Shown: positions 35,701-49,983 of the stretch, piece after piece
Layout of the letters: every line of letters starts with the position of its first letter
Numbering within the stretch: the first letter of the stretch is position 1
Assembly: GCA_043228905.1 (NCBI GenBank)
Contig: JBHGNT010000020.1
Location: 4,650,001 to 4,714,000 of the forward strand
Source: Azolla caroliniana
Lineage: Eukaryota; Plantae; Polypodiophyta
Direction of reading: 5' to 3'
Length of the DNA stretch: 64,000 nt
Made by a program: the position numbers and the translations under genes
The notes under the pieces: model-generated
Seen by the model: only the letters and a program-made list of their open reading frames with translations
What the model was told of the DNA's origin: nothing
The model's database searches: none

Positions 35701-38700
35701 CGGTCTCTTGCTGGTTGGGTCTACTCATCGTAGAATCGATCCTTACCGGTAGACTCGGAGTTCATTATCTTCTTCTCCGACTCCCAGTCGGCGAGCGTCT
35801 TGTCTTCCATGAAGATAATATCTCGACTCCGGAATACCTTCTTGTCGACCAGGTCCCACACTCGGTAGCCGAACTCATCGTTGCCGTAACTGAGGAATAT
35901 GCATGGCCGAGTCTTTGGATCTAACTTTCCTCTCCGGTCCTTAGCTACATGCACGTACGCGAGACACCGAAACACCTTCAGATGCCGGTAGGATACTTCC
36001 TTACCGGTCCACACTCTCTGTGGCGTGTCTCCATCCAAGGGTACTGAGGGTGATCTGTTTATCACATATGTCGTCGTCGACAGTGCCTCAGCCCAACACT
36101 TCTTGGGTAGTTTTGCATGCGCCAGCATACTCCGGACCCTCTCCATTATGGTCTGGTTCATCCTCTTGGCCAGCCCGTTTAGTTCCGGCGTCTTTGGCAC
36201 GGTAAATTCGAGCCGGATTCCCTTCAAGCGACAGTACTCCTCGAACTGCCCCCGGTATTCACCTCCGTTATCTGCTCGAACTGCCTTCAGTTTCCGGCCG
36301 GTTTCCCTTTCCACTCTTGCATGGAGCTCTTTGAAGACGGATAGCACCTGATCCTTCGTCTTCAATGGTGTGGCCCACAACTTCCGGCTGTGGTCATCTA
36401 TGAACGTCAGGAAGTACTGTGATCCTGCATGTGACTTCATGTCCACTTGACATACATCCGTATGCACCAACTCTAGTGGCACATTACGTCTCATCGGTGG
36501 CCTTGATCGGAAGGAGGTCCGGTTTTGCTTACCGGCCAGACAATCAGTGCACGTTCTTCACTGGAATGAGGTTGTCGTCTGCAAGCCTCTTCATCCCCTT
36601 CTCGCTCATGTGACACAGCCTTTTGTGCCACAGCTCACCGGTAGTGTCGGATGCCACGTTCACTTCCTCCAGACATAACCGAGCATTCATGAGGTACAGG
36701 GTGTTGACCTTCCGGGCCCGAGCCACAATCAGGCTCCCTTTGCTGAACTTCATGACACCGTTCTGGATGCTACCCGTGTAGCCTTCATCATCTAGTCGAC
36801 CGGCTGATATCAGGTTCAGTCGAACCTCCGGAACGTGTCGGACATCCTTCAGCAGCAGCTTGCATCCGGTTGGTGTTGTCCGCCACACGTCTCCTATGCC
36901 GACAATTCGGCATGTACCTTCATTCCCCATCCAGACACAGCCGTGATCACCGGTTGAGTAGGATGAGAAGCATTTTCGGTCCGGGGTAAGGTGGAACGAC
37001 GCTTCGGAGTCTACCACCCAGGTCATCTCATCGCCAGCAAGGTTTATCTCACTCTCCTCAGTGATGAGCATCAACTCTTCTTCACTTGCCGCAATTGCCG
37101 TCGTTCCCTTCCGGTCCGACCCCCTCCGGTCTTTACCGCTTCGAATCGGTACCGTCGTTTTCCTTGTCTTTTCGGAAATGCCGACAGTTCTTTTGGAAGT
37201 GTCCCGGCTTGCCGCAATAGAAGCAAGTAGGCCTCCCCCTTGACTTTGACCATGTCCCCGACTTCTCCCGGTTCTGGGGACTACGGTTTCTGTGTCTTCC
37301 GCGTTCCGATTCGGTAAGGAGCGCTTTGGAGTCAGAGCTCGTATCCTTATCTTTCCGACGCGCCTCCTCATCCAGCAAGCTCGACTTCACTCTTGCTAGG
37401 GATAACCGTTTTCCTTCCGGCCCGGCGTTGCCCAAAGTGATAACCAACGTCTCCCAGCTATCCGGGAGGGAACCGAGCAGGAGTAGTGCTAGTACCTCGT
37501 CGGCGAGAGGTACTTCCAATGACGTTGCCTGGTGTATCAGCCCCTAGAAGGCATTCATGTGCTCCACCATGCTGGAGCCATCTTGGTACCGGAGTCTTAC
37601 TAGCTTCCGGAATACCGAAACCTGATTAACAGCATTTTTGTTTTGGAACATTATGCCGATCTTCTCCCAGAGCTCATGAGCCTTGCTCTCTTCATTGAAG
37701 TTGTTGTACAGGCTCATGTCGATGAAACACCGTATGTACGCCGTTGTCTTCATGTGCATCACCTCCCATATCGCGGCGTCGATTTTGTTCGGTCTCTTGT
37801 CCCCGAACTGAACCGGCAGCCAGAGGTCTTTAACCACGAGCATGTCCCTCATCTTCGACTTCCACACCGAGTAGTTGGAGCCGGTGAGCTTGAACATGCC
37901 TCCCAACAAATCGTCCATATTCTGTGTCGTTTCGCTCTGATACCACTTGACGGGAACTAAAACGCTCCTTATGCGCAACGCTCGGCCACAACCGAGCTTA
38001 GAATCATACACAGAAAACTGGAAATAGATGCACAACACAAAGAAGAGGAGAGTACACAGGATGTTTACGTGGAAAACCCAAACTAAGGGAAAAACCACGG
38101 CAGCCCACGGGCTGCAAACTATCACTATGTTAGAATGTACAACAGTGAGTTCACAGAGGCAACGACCTCGTGCTCACGATCTTCGCCATAGGCGGCGGTT
38201 ACAACAGAGGCAACGACCTCTTCCTCTCTCTCTCTCTCTCTCTGTACACAGTTACGCGCTCTGATCTCACGTAGACAAGAATAACGACAACAACAACAAC
38301 CTTTTCACAAGTTTGCCCTAAGTCATATTTATACTAATATGACTTTTCGGCTATTTACAAATATAGCCTCGATGGACTCTCAGAAACATATTTACGAATA
38401 TGTCTCTTCATCCGGTGAGCACTCCTCACCGGGTCTTCACCATCCGGCTCTCCGTAGCCGGGTACTCCTCATCCGGTTCTCACCAGGTCTTCACCATCCG
38501 GCTCTCCGTAGCCAGGTTCTCCTCATCCGGTTCTCACCGGGTCTCCACCATCCGGCTCTCCGTAGCCGGGTACTCCTCATCCGGTTCTCACCGGGTCTTC
38601 ACCATCCGGCTCTCCGTAGCCAGGTTCTCCTCATCCGGTTCTCACCGGGTCTGCACCATCCGGCTCTCCGTAGCCAGGTTCTCCTCATCCGGAGGGACCT

Positions 38701-38711
38701 GTCTCCCAACA
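32513..38711 (-). mobile_element. Full-length Tnt1/Tork-like copia (5' LTR 37948-38711, 3' LTR 32513-33183)
   Basis: TSD GTACC, PBS TGGTATCAGAGC at 37934-37945, PPT, gag-pol with few lesions, 54-bp arrays in both LTRs. Confidence 0.95.
33602..34338 (+). mobile_element. Solo LTR of the same copia family inserted antiparallel into its relative's RNase H
   Basis: TGTTGGGAG...TCCCGTCA with perfect TSD GTCAT. Confidence 0.92.
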
Positions 38712-41700
38712 GTACCTACTTATATTAGGTATACAATATGAGAGGATATGTGTGTCGCCATAGTTGCTTTTTCATATTCTGGAACTTGTGGATGGCATAA
38801 TCAATACATTTGTTGTGAGTTGTGCAATCACATTGTATAGCCTTTCTGTAAAAACTCTCCTAACTAATGGGAAAGCAACACCTTTTTTTGGAAAAAAAAA
38901 CATATGAGTTGTCAAGTAAAATAAGTTTATGTTCATTTTTTCAATCATAAATTTGATTACAATGATTCTACAATTTGTGATGTTTATGTTCAAAACTAAA
39001 TTAAACATTAAGTACATCGAATCATACATTAGGTGTTGCACTACCTTCACCCTATAAACTTGTGTGGTAAGATTGAGACTCTAGACCATTAAGAGGATTA
39101 CATGGTGAATGTATTTAGGAATGTAAAATGAGGTATATCCTATGTACTATATGTGTACACAAGGTAAATTGGAAGCTTGACCTTAGAAAGCACATTCATG
39201 AGAGAGCCTAAAATATATGGCAAGATCTTGATTGTCTCATGGTATATAACACATAGCAAGCTATCTAAGTTGGAGTAGTCATGGCCTCTCAATAATGCTT
39301 TTGATAGAGGTAGCTTCTCAAACATTTCTATTGTTACATAAGAGGAAATGATTTCCCTTTTGAAATTGGACAATAATGTGGGAAATTTGTTGTAGTTTAT
39401 GGACAATAGATCTTCTCCTGCACGCTTTGATATAGTATCTAGTTTGGTATGTTGAGAGTCGAGACAATAGGATATAAATTTGGTTAAGATATTTATTTGC
39501 TCTAATCCTAGGAAGGATAGATGAAACAATGAAGAGGCAATAAGGTTTCATCAAGAAAACTAAATGCATGCCTAGAGTTACACATACTATCTTAGACTGA
39601 TTTGATTGTGCACCCTCAATGAATGAGCATGACGACTCTTTGATTGCTTGCTAGTGTGTCTTAACTTCCTTGTGCCAAACAAAAGGCACCAAAATATTAA
39701 TAAGGTCAATAGCTAAAAATACGTAGCCATATAAACTAAAAAGAATCAAAGCTTATTGTATGCCATGTGTTAAAGCATGGCAATTGCAATACGACCTAGA
39801 AAAAACACATCATGGAGGAGCCTATATATTGTCTTGACAGGTAAAATTTGGGGATTCCTTTATTTTCTGCACACAGATGTGAAAAAGGGCTTCATATCAG
39901 ATGTAAGAAAAAGATAGTTACTTTATTTGAAAATTGATTTTGCATTAAGAAATACTCTATATTTAAGATACATTTGCAAATGGTTTGTTATGTCTCTTTA
40001 GTGCATGTTGATGTGCCTCTTTTCTATGAATCTGTGACTTTTAACTCATAAATCATCTTTATTTGTCATTTAGCAAGAAATATCACATATGCACCATTGA
40101 CCCTCACCATTGAGGTTTAGGTTAAGAATAATTTATAAAGTGGATGATTCACAACCAATTCAATACCTTGAATATGAACGGAATTAAACTATCTAGATTA
40201 GAGTATCTCTTTATCAAATCAAACACTTTTAGTAAACTTTTCTTTCAAATTAATACAGAAATAGAATTGTAGCAACTAAGCATTCAAATAAGACTTTATG
40301 CATCTCAACATCTTCCATAAGACTTTTATATAATTTATGTTGGATTTCATGGTTCAATCTAACTAATGGATCAATAAAAATTGCTTGGTTCTGGAATACT
40401 CACATCATGCATACACAACTACATAATGCAGACACAATATAAAAGCAAACCGTATCATGTTTCTTGCCTAGGGCATTTGGCTTGTATACTTTTTAAAAGC
40501 TGAGTATACATTATGTCATCCATCACCATCAATATCTTAAAAAACAATGCATAAGTCTTTGGAGGAATCATATTGGGAGTAAAATTGTGTTGTTGCTGCA
40601 TGCATCTCTACCAGACATTCATCATAATGTTAGCATTTTAATTCCTGGGTCTAATGCAGAAGATGGGAAAGTAGAGCAAACCCACATCAGCAATTTCTCA
40701 CGTCAATTCATATTCAGATCTCAAATCTCACCATCCCAATATCATATTAGAAAGAAGAAATGCTGGAAACAATACTTCTGCTTCACAAGTCCCAGAGTTC
40801 TGCAAAAACAGTCTTTTGGATATTTTCAACAAGGTTGGACTTTTTTTCAATGTTTTTCTCCAAATTACTTGGCAAGATAGCTGGCTACAAAAATAAAATA
40901 TGTGAGTCTTGTCAGAACAACATTATTAAACGCAATCATTTGACACGAGTAAAGAAAGAAACGAGCTCTTCAATATCTGTAAAGCATAGTGTGAACGTAA
41001 AAAATTGCCTCAATGTGAAGAAGCTATATCATGGAGAAGATGATAGCAAGGGTATCCACCATAGAAACAGGGGAGTTTTCAAATCAATACTGAAAGCAAG
41101 AGATCCCGAATGTATATCAAGCTATAGAGCAAAAGGGGAAAACAACAAAATTCTATTAAGTTCTTCTAGAGGCCATCCTAGTTTGAGATAAGTGTAGGAA
41201 AGGTCTACACATCTATGTTGTCAAACGTTGTGTGACAAAGCAATGAATATATATCTAGAAAACATAAATAGGGCGAAAAAAGGAAATGAAATGCTCAGGT
41301 AAAATACACCCATATAGGGCAGGTAGTTTTTTAGGGTTTTTGAATGAAGGATACACACATAGGTTTTGATTTTTTTGAAGTTCATCCATTCATGTAATAC
41401 CAAACTTCCTGAGGCCTTGAAGGCACAATTTGAAACTTTTCTTTGTCTTTGATGCTATTTATTGAGCACAAAACAGTGTTCAGACACTCCAAATTGCAAA
41501 ATTCGTGCTGAAAACGGCCCAAGGGAGTGATAAACCCAGCTAAACAGTGAAAGAAGGTTGGGTGCGTATATCTCATTGAAGTGTTTAATTAACAGATAAG
41601 TTTTGCAAGCTCACAGAAGAAAAGTTGTGGAATGATCTTCATGTTTCTTGATGGATTGCATTCGGTCTTTAAAGATGAGGCGGTTGATCAGAACTCTTAA

Positions 41701-43609
41701 AATGTTTGAGGACCATGCAATCATCCTTCTGAGGAGAAGGGGAACCAAATTAAAGAAGGGAAAGTGCCCCAGTAATAGGAGAATATTTCAAAAGCAAGGA
41801 AACGTGACCAAACAGGAACTAAAGAAAGAAAGAGAAGAACCCTCTGAATGATACTACGTGAACATGAGTATAATAAGTGATTTGCTACAAAACACACATG
41901 TGATGGCAAAGAAGAGAGAACAGCCATGGGAGGGACCTGGGCTCTTTATGAGGTTGACAGAAAATGATTAAACTGCTTCGAGATGAAGCATATTTAACCA
42001 ATTTGAAATGTTAACGCTAAAAGGTGCACAAAGAGATGCCATAACTATGAAGCAAAGACATGAAGGAATAGGCATTCTTTTGTTGATTCATCAGCAGATG
42101 TTTGGAAACAACATAGAAGATTAGTTATGAAACTATGTTTAGCTATAATGGCAAGGAATAGGATGGCAATCACGTCAAAAATCTTGACAACCTGAATTGC
42201 AGGATGAAGGTTCTTAAGTGTAAGGTTGACAATCAGAAGCAATGACATTTTGGGTATGTCTACTACCATAGGTGCTAATCACCCATATGCAGAGCAGTCA
42301 CAAGAAGGGGGACATGTGTCCCAGTAGCAGATAAGTACATTGGTATAGGTGCACATGGGTGATGGGGTTTTGGGGGATTAGTCAGGGTCGAGGACTAAGG
42401 TACAAGAATATTGATTTCGAGAAAGTGGCAAGCAACCCCATCCCACCTATGCACAAGCAGAGCTACCTATAAAAAATGGCCTTAAACCACCTTTCAACCT
42501 AATCATTGATTGAGAATTGTAAGCATCCTGGGGCAATCAATATTCTAATATACATACATAACCCCTTCCCACTGTAAGAAATGTGTCCATTTATTATGGC
42601 CACTTTCAGTCATTTTCTGACTGTTTTCTTGTTATTTTCATGCCTTCTCCACTCCACAAAATATTTAATTCTCTAACATATAATATATGATTGCGTGTAT
42701 AACGTATAACATATATAATACATATGGAACCCACAAAATCCAATATGGAACTTCAAACCAGAAATTGCAAAACCCCATTCCGTGCTGCCCATTATATATA
42801 AATATATATTTGCAGCATATACACGTGCACCATAGCATCTTACAATCTTTAGTCTTGATTGATCAAGACCAGAGTAACAAACAAGAAATAGTGATTCTCC
42901 CATAAGTTAATGCAGCAAACAAGACTCATACAAATAACACAAATGATGTACCTTTTTTAATCTTGCTGAGCAGTGGAAATCAATGCTGATCGATGGCGAG
43001 ATGTTTTCCCAACCATTCCAGGTATACCAAGTATGTCATAAATTGAGAGGATGTATCTTTGACTTGCCTTATTCCTTATAACGCTTCTGGGGAATTTGAT
43101 CACCCATGAAAATCAAAGCATGTAATGTGTATAATTACCGAAACTGATTGAACATTTCAGAATAATGCTGATCAATGGCAAGATACTTTGCCAACAACGC
43201 AATGCACATCATAACAGCACCTCACCACATTCCACCAAATGAAATGCTGAATAACTAGGATGTCATACATTTGAAATTATGTATGACCTTTCCTTATTTC
43301 TTATTACACTCTTGGGGAATTTGAGCACCAATGAACTCACGGCATGTGCCGAGAAATAACTAGGATGGCATACATGTGAGGATGTCTGCCTTTGTCCTTA
43401 TTTCGTATCACACTTTTCAGGAATTAGAACACCAATGAATCGTATGTACTGTTACTTGCTCATCTGCTTTGGAATATTTAAAATCGACATGGGACCTTGG
43501 TTAGATGTTTCTCCAAACATGCAGACCGTTCCAAAGCCTCTGCATTATCTCATCGCATGAACAGTATGCCATAAATTTGAGAGAATTGATTGTTTATACA
43601 TATACCTCA

Positions 43610-46242
43610 TCACACTTCTGGAGAAAATGAGTGCCCATGAGCCTTGTGGTCCGTAATGTTATTAGTAGATGTACTGTCATCTGATCCGGAAATGTTTTCT
43701 AGAGCATTGAGTTTTTTTCGGGTAGGGCAATCATCTACATGTTTTACTACTATATTGTTCTTCTTTGCAGATAAAGCTTGCACAGTTGTTGTTGCTGCTT
43801 GATGAGTCCTCTTTCGCAATATCGAAGGAGTACTAGGGAAACTCTTTGCTGCAGAACGAAGAAGAGCTTGAGGGCTAATCTCATTGGCCCGTGTATAAGT
43901 AAGTGGAGTAGAGCAACCTACTGGTGATGCAAGCTTTTGGGTATCAAAAGGGCTAGGTAGATTTGTCACAACTTCCACTTTTGTAGGAGATATGTCTGAT
44001 ACTCTCAAGGGGTCCGTTGAACCTTCTTTCTGGAAGAATTTCCTTGATAAAGGGGATCCAATATAAGTTGAAGATTGAGAAGCAACCTCTCTCTCAATGG
44101 ATGAATGTGACGGATGGCGAGAGAAGCATGATAATGGACTGCCATTCATAGCCTCATTTGATCCTTTTGGTTTTATGTGGTTATATACAGGTGCACCATC
44201 TAAACATCTATCTAACCCTCCTAGCTGATTTGAGGGCTGAATTTTACCTTCTTCCCTAGCAGGGAAAAAAGCTTTAGTCTCTCCTGATATGACATTCATT
44301 CTTCCATTCCTTTCTCTTGAAAACTCGGGTGACTCTTTGTTAGCTTCTAAATCTCTGTTCCCCCTCTCCGTCTGTGAGGCTAGATCTGAGTGTGATGAGG
44401 CAGATATATCCTTTGACTGAGCTTTTCCAAAGAGTAATGGCATCACTCCATCACCAAATGATGAAATCACCTTTGATTGGGATCCACATAACATCATTGG
44501 ATCCAGCTTTTTTTTCAAAGAACTGTTCCAATGGTTCTTGATAGCATTGTCTGTCCTAAAAAAACCAAAACCTTGCCAAAGATGAATCACTTTAAGATGG
44601 ATTGCAAAGAAATAGGAGGTTTGATACGGTACTATACCTTCCAGGCAGACACTTTGCAATCTCTGCCCATTTATTCCCATGGATCCTGTGAGCTTCAATC
44701 AGAGACGACTCCTCCTCTGGAGTCCATGCATCTTTTTTTATATTCGGATCCAGGTGATTATGCCATCTGTAAATAATCAAAAGAAACTGTTGACTGATGG
44801 TAATGTATATGTGAATAACAGGGAGATGATACCCCTCTCATGTATAGTTATAATTTATCTTGCTTTGCTTACTATGCTAAAAGTCTTCCTAGCATAGGAC
44901 ATGTCTATTCAAAGGACAATACAGACCTTTCCCGGCATTGTTTCCCAATTCGACCAGGTAAAGACCGAGCAATGACAGACCATTTCTTAGGCCCATGTTT
45001 GCTAACAAGTTCAGTTATTTTTTCGTCTTCCTGAATTAAGGAAAAATCATAGTCAAACACAAATTATGAGCTCACATAATTGCAACAAGATGAGTTTTTG
45101 GTGCTAACAGAAACAGGAATGCGAGAAGGCCAGATATAATGCTACTTTTTTTCTTTTGGCAGTTCATGACAAAAAAGGGCAGATCATAATTATCATATAA
45201 TAATATACACATATACAGGTGCATATATACATATATCTGTCTGTGCATGTAAGCGTTAGTATGTATGTATGTATGTAATCTTCTGGGGCAAATATTCTAG
45301 CAAAAACAATTAGATGACTTTTCTTAGTTCCACTGTTTTGGAACATAAATGATAATGAATGCTAACCTCCTTAGTCCATGGTCCTTTAACAAGATTTGGA
45401 TTGAGGACCTTCTGCCAGCGATGCAAGCATTGAACATCAGATCGATCCTTGAGCAATTCAGCTGCATTACAGAGGAAAATGTATAAGGTAAAATGCATAG
45501 CATATAACCAAAGGGTGGTGTCCTTTACCTATCCTTTTCCAGTTTTTTCCTTTGTAACATTGAACTGCTCTTCTGAGTATTTCATCCTGGCACAATGCAC
45601 ATGCAAAAATGTTATGTTCATTTGCACAAAATAAGATTTAATCTTAGGTGAGATGCATTCTCACCTCTTCTGGAGTCCATCCTCCCTTTGAAGATCTCCT
45701 TGTGGGACCACCTGAGCGCCTGAGAATGTGGATTATAGGCAATTAGCTGAAACTACAATGACTGAAACATGGATTACAGGCAATTGGCCGAAACTACAAC
45801 CATGATGAAAAAGGACTCTCCCTCAAAACAGAGAAAAAAAGAAGGTTTTTGATTCGAAAACAACGCAATTTTGGAGATATCTATGCGTTTGCTCGAATGC
45901 TTAAAAGTTTATTTTAAAATGTTCAAATTACATTAAACTTGGGGTCTTTTATCAAATTACATGCATATGCATGCGTACATCATACATGTGCACAAATATG
46001 CACATATACACATAACACATACATCTTCACACATATGCATAATACATACATGCATACACACATACATATACACATTCGGAACCCTAATAAATTATGCGTG
46101 CGTGCGTGTGTGTGTGTGTTTGTGCATACCCTTGAGTCGAAGAAGGAATATCTCCACCTTCAGACATGGATGATGTGGAGAGGGCCTGCTTGCTCTCCTC
46201 CGAATCTACACCTTTCTGTATCTCCATCATGTTTTCAGCCAT
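43610..46242 (-). CDS. MYB3R: Three-repeat MYB (R1R2R3-MYB) cell-cycle transcription factor, 499 aa; exons 46242-46130, 45719-45665, 45586-45529, 45461-45367, 45030-44927, 44766-44638, 44555-43610
   Basis: GT-AG exons join in phase to 1500 nt: GPTRRSSKGGWTPEEDEIL..NWKRIA..RSDVQCLHRWQKVLNP, KGPWTKEED..GRIGKQCRERWHNHL, AWTPEEE..GNKWAEIA..GRTDNAIKNHWNS, and C-terminal LRSAAKSFPSTPSILRKR. The 3' end is less certain than the MYB exons. Confidence 0.93.
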
Positions 46243-47107
46243 TCCTTCGTCACTCTGGATTTGAAAATCTTTCCTTTTCTGACTATTCGAAATCTTCAAG
46301 AAAGAGACGTTATATTTTTTGAGGAGGAGAAAGAAACAGTTAAAAAATCCTTTGATTGTCAATATCAATGGGAGATATTCGGCAAAATCAATATATGTGT
46401 GCGTATCCACAAAAATAACCCACGATTTTCTGAAGTTTTAAAACGCGACAAATCAGACCGGCAAATACATATATGTGTGTGTATAAATAGGATACATACT
46501 AATACTACTACTACGTATTCAATTTGTTTGAGAGATTGTCAGTTTTTTCAGAAAACCCTAATTTTCTCATTTCTAATACATGATGTATGGTCCTGATCCA
46601 AGAGAGGGAGGAGAGATCGAAGGAGAAGAAAAATGAATATTAGAATATCAGTGAAGCAGAATTAGTGGTAGAAATAGAAGTCGAATCAGAGAAGCAGAAT
46701 TAATTGATGTGGAAAATGAAGGTTTGGCAGTGCAGAGAGACGAGAGAGAGAGAGAGAGATGGAAATTTAGGGCTTGAGAGGATGTCGACGGCGGACAGGA
46801 AACGGACAAAAACAGAGAGAGAGAGAGAGAGAGAATCGAAACAAAAGCAAATGGCGAGAAGAAGAAGAAGAAGAAGAAGCAGAAGAAGAAGAAGAGATGG
46901 ATGGATGGATGGATGCCCCGCCCGCCCTACCTACCTACCGTTAATTAAACAGTCATTTTTTCCCAACTCTGTGCGAGTGTGTCGTCTCGTCTCTGTTTTT
47001 TTGGCTTAGGTCAAATTCATTGACAAAAAAAATATCAAACAACTCTCCCCCTCCCATATTGGTGGATTGCATCGGAGCCATTTACATACATACATACCAT
47101 ACATATT
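46243..47107 (-). promoter_or_regulatory. Probable 5' UTR and proximal promoter of MYB3R: CT/CTT-rich leader, telo-box near 46553, MSA cores (AACGG) near 46801 and 46938-46942
   Basis: Sequence composition and motifs only; TSS not determined. Confidence 0.5.
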
Positions 47108-47493
47108 TGTTCTCCAAAGCTAGGGTCAATCGGGGCCGGTCTTCGTCTAAGTAAGAAGAAAGGAAGGAAGCACTAACAACCGAATATTGTTGAGAGACAA
47201 GCTCAACATTGGGTGCATAAACGGGTACGTAACCCAGTACGTAGATTGGGTGCGTAAAACCGTACGCAAAATATGGTCATGGCGGTGTTTAAAACGAGAG
47301 GCCGTTAGAACGTTATTCCTCGTAAGGAATAGTTTTGGGCGTTAGTGTAGAAGGCTCATTTATGAGCGGTCAAGTACTAGCAGTACTTGTGTCAACCTGA
47401 TAGTCAGGGCTTGTATAAAAGGTGATCACTGAGCACGATTTATGTACAGAGAGAACATACAGAGATTTATTTTTTAATATAGTTACGATTTTT

Positions 47494-47601
<108 letters not shown>

Positions 47602-49156
47602 TCTCTGTGATTTCTGTGTTTTTACCGAACCATGTACTCTGTGTTCTTATTACGCATACACGTCCGCACACGTATTCTTTTACATGGTATCAGAGCACGA
47701 GGATTGAGACTCCTCTGTAGCCGACATAAAAGCTTGCGATAAAGACAGAGTTAAGTTATTGTCTTCAGAAAGGATAAGACAATAAGTAATACGGACAAGA
47801 GGAATGGGAAGCTCACTACCGAATGAGAAGCTCGACGGGAGCAACTACGCATCTTGGTCGTACAAGATGCACCAATACCTGCTTGGTCATGGTTCTTGGA
47901 GTTATGTCGAAGGAGCTAACGATACAACACCCGAATTGACACGCGGAGACTTTTCAGTTTGGGAACAAGCGGCAAGCAGAGTTATTTACTGCTTCGTGTC
48001 CTGTTTGAGCGACTAGCTCTTGAGCTACATTCGGGATGCTAAAACGCCAAAGGACGTGTGGGCAAATCTCAAGAGGATTTTCGTTGCTAGCACAACGGCC
48101 AAGAAACTACAACTCAGGCAGGAGCTCAGCAATGTCTGATAGAAAGATCTGTCTATGGCCGATTACATAGCCTAAATCAAGGAGATCTGCGACTCTCTCG
48201 CCTCCGTCAACGTGAACGTCGAGGAGGACGAAATGGTGCAGGTGTGTCTTGGTGGGTTAGTGTCAAAGTTCAGAGCATTCCGAACGGAAGTCTACACAAG
48301 GGAGATTACGCCTTCGTTCTTCGAGCTTCAGTCGATGTTGCTCGTAGAGGAAAATCACGCGGGTGCATAGACGAGTATGCACACCGACAACAAGATGTTT
48401 ATTGTACACGGAGGAAGATAGGCCCCGTGGTCGTGGCGGACAAGGCGGATTGGCGCGCAATGGAGGAGGCCGAAAAGTGCAGAACGTGCGGCATAATCGA
48501 AATGCCAGAACCAATTCTGAACCCTTCGGATGCAAGGGGAGTCATAGCAGCGCCAGAAGCCAGCCAGAGAAGGCCGCTACGGAATGCTGGTATTGTGGCA
48601 AGAAAGGTCACAAGGAGAGCGAGTGCTAGAAGAAGAGAGCCGATTCGGACAAAGCTGAATCAAGCGGAAGAGACACAGGAAGGCGTCAGAAATCGCACTA
48701 TGTTGAAAGCTCCGAACGAGCTAGAAATGGATCGGGCCCAGCCTTCGTAATGAAGCACAAGGCCAATTCGATGGCCGTGAACACCTCAAAACTGAGCGAG
48801 GTGTGGTATGTTGATTTCGGAGCGTCAAATCATATGACGAGTCATGAGGAATGGTTCTCATACTTAGAGAAACCGGAAAAACAAGGAGTGGTCGAAACGG
48901 GAGACAACACTCCGTATACCATTGAACATGTCGGAGAAGTGGGAAACTTATGAACGTGTTGCACGTCCTGATAATAACCAAGAACCTAGTGTCAATCGGT
49001 CAAATCGTCGACCAGGGGATGCAAGTTCGATTCATGCACCTCGGGTGCTACATCGAAGAGGAAGGCCAAGTTATCGCACAAGGGCGTCGTGAAGGGAGGA
49101 TGTTCATCCTCGACATCAACCAAGCCGGAACCGCGCTGTTTGCGAAAGGACAGGAG

Positions 49157-49983
49157 CAAGGTTGTTAGGTACGTTAGGTACGGTATGGATGCCATACGTA
49201 TTTAACGTATTAATACCCGTATAGTACCTCCCAATTAAAAAATATGTTAAATACGTTTTCTTAATATGTTATGTACTTATAAAATACGTATTTTACGTAT
49301 AGTACGTTAAATACTTCTAGAATTTGAAAATTATTTACCTTTCTAAAAAATATCTATAATATTGTAAAAAACATCTATGTTTACACAATATAGTTCTACA
49401 TCCTAAAATGCATATAAGACATTTGAACATTTCACATCCTAAAATACTTGTAGTAATATGGATGTCGACATTCCCTTATTCTATAAATCAATGTAAGTTT
49501 GTATCACGATGTTCTACTTCAAATTGTAATTATTTACAATTATGCCTTCATAGATTTAGGAATCGTTTATGATTATCACACTCATGATAGGTTTCTCTTT
49601 TCTTCGTTTTCTTCTTCTTCTTCTTCTTCTATCTACTGTGATTATCACACTCAGGACAGGTTTATGTCTTCTTTTCTCTCTTCATCTTCTTCATCTTCTT
49701 CATCTTCATCATCTTCATCATCGTCTCTTCTATTCTTCTTTCTTTCTTCCTTTGGCTTCTTTTTCACTAAAATCTTTTTTTTCTTTTTCTTTTTGTTAGG
49801 GTTTTACTTACATTTTCTTTATAAATACGTGTTATACATGTTTTTTTATAAATACATTAAATACCGTATTGGACAAATGTACATGATATTTGACTAGACA
49901 ACATTGAGGTATAGTACGTACTATACAAATGATGAGGTACTATACATATTTTAACGTTAAATACGGGTACGTAAACAACCATG
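49157..49983. mobile_element. hAT-like MITE, copy 2
   Basis: TIR CAAGGTTGTT...AACAACCATG with perfect 8-bp TSD GACAGGAG interrupting AKGQ|EVES. Confidence 0.9.

Noticed and set aside
38717-39800. Possible ancient LINE 3' end (CGKIETLDH-like zinc finger) or small genes in AT-rich DNA
   Set aside because: Too degenerate to support by eye; needs a profile-HMM search.
39800-42900. Short ORFs, miRNA or snoRNA candidates downstream of MYB3R
   Set aside because: No recognisable domain, conserved miRNA sequence, long hairpin or convincing C/D box pair was seen.
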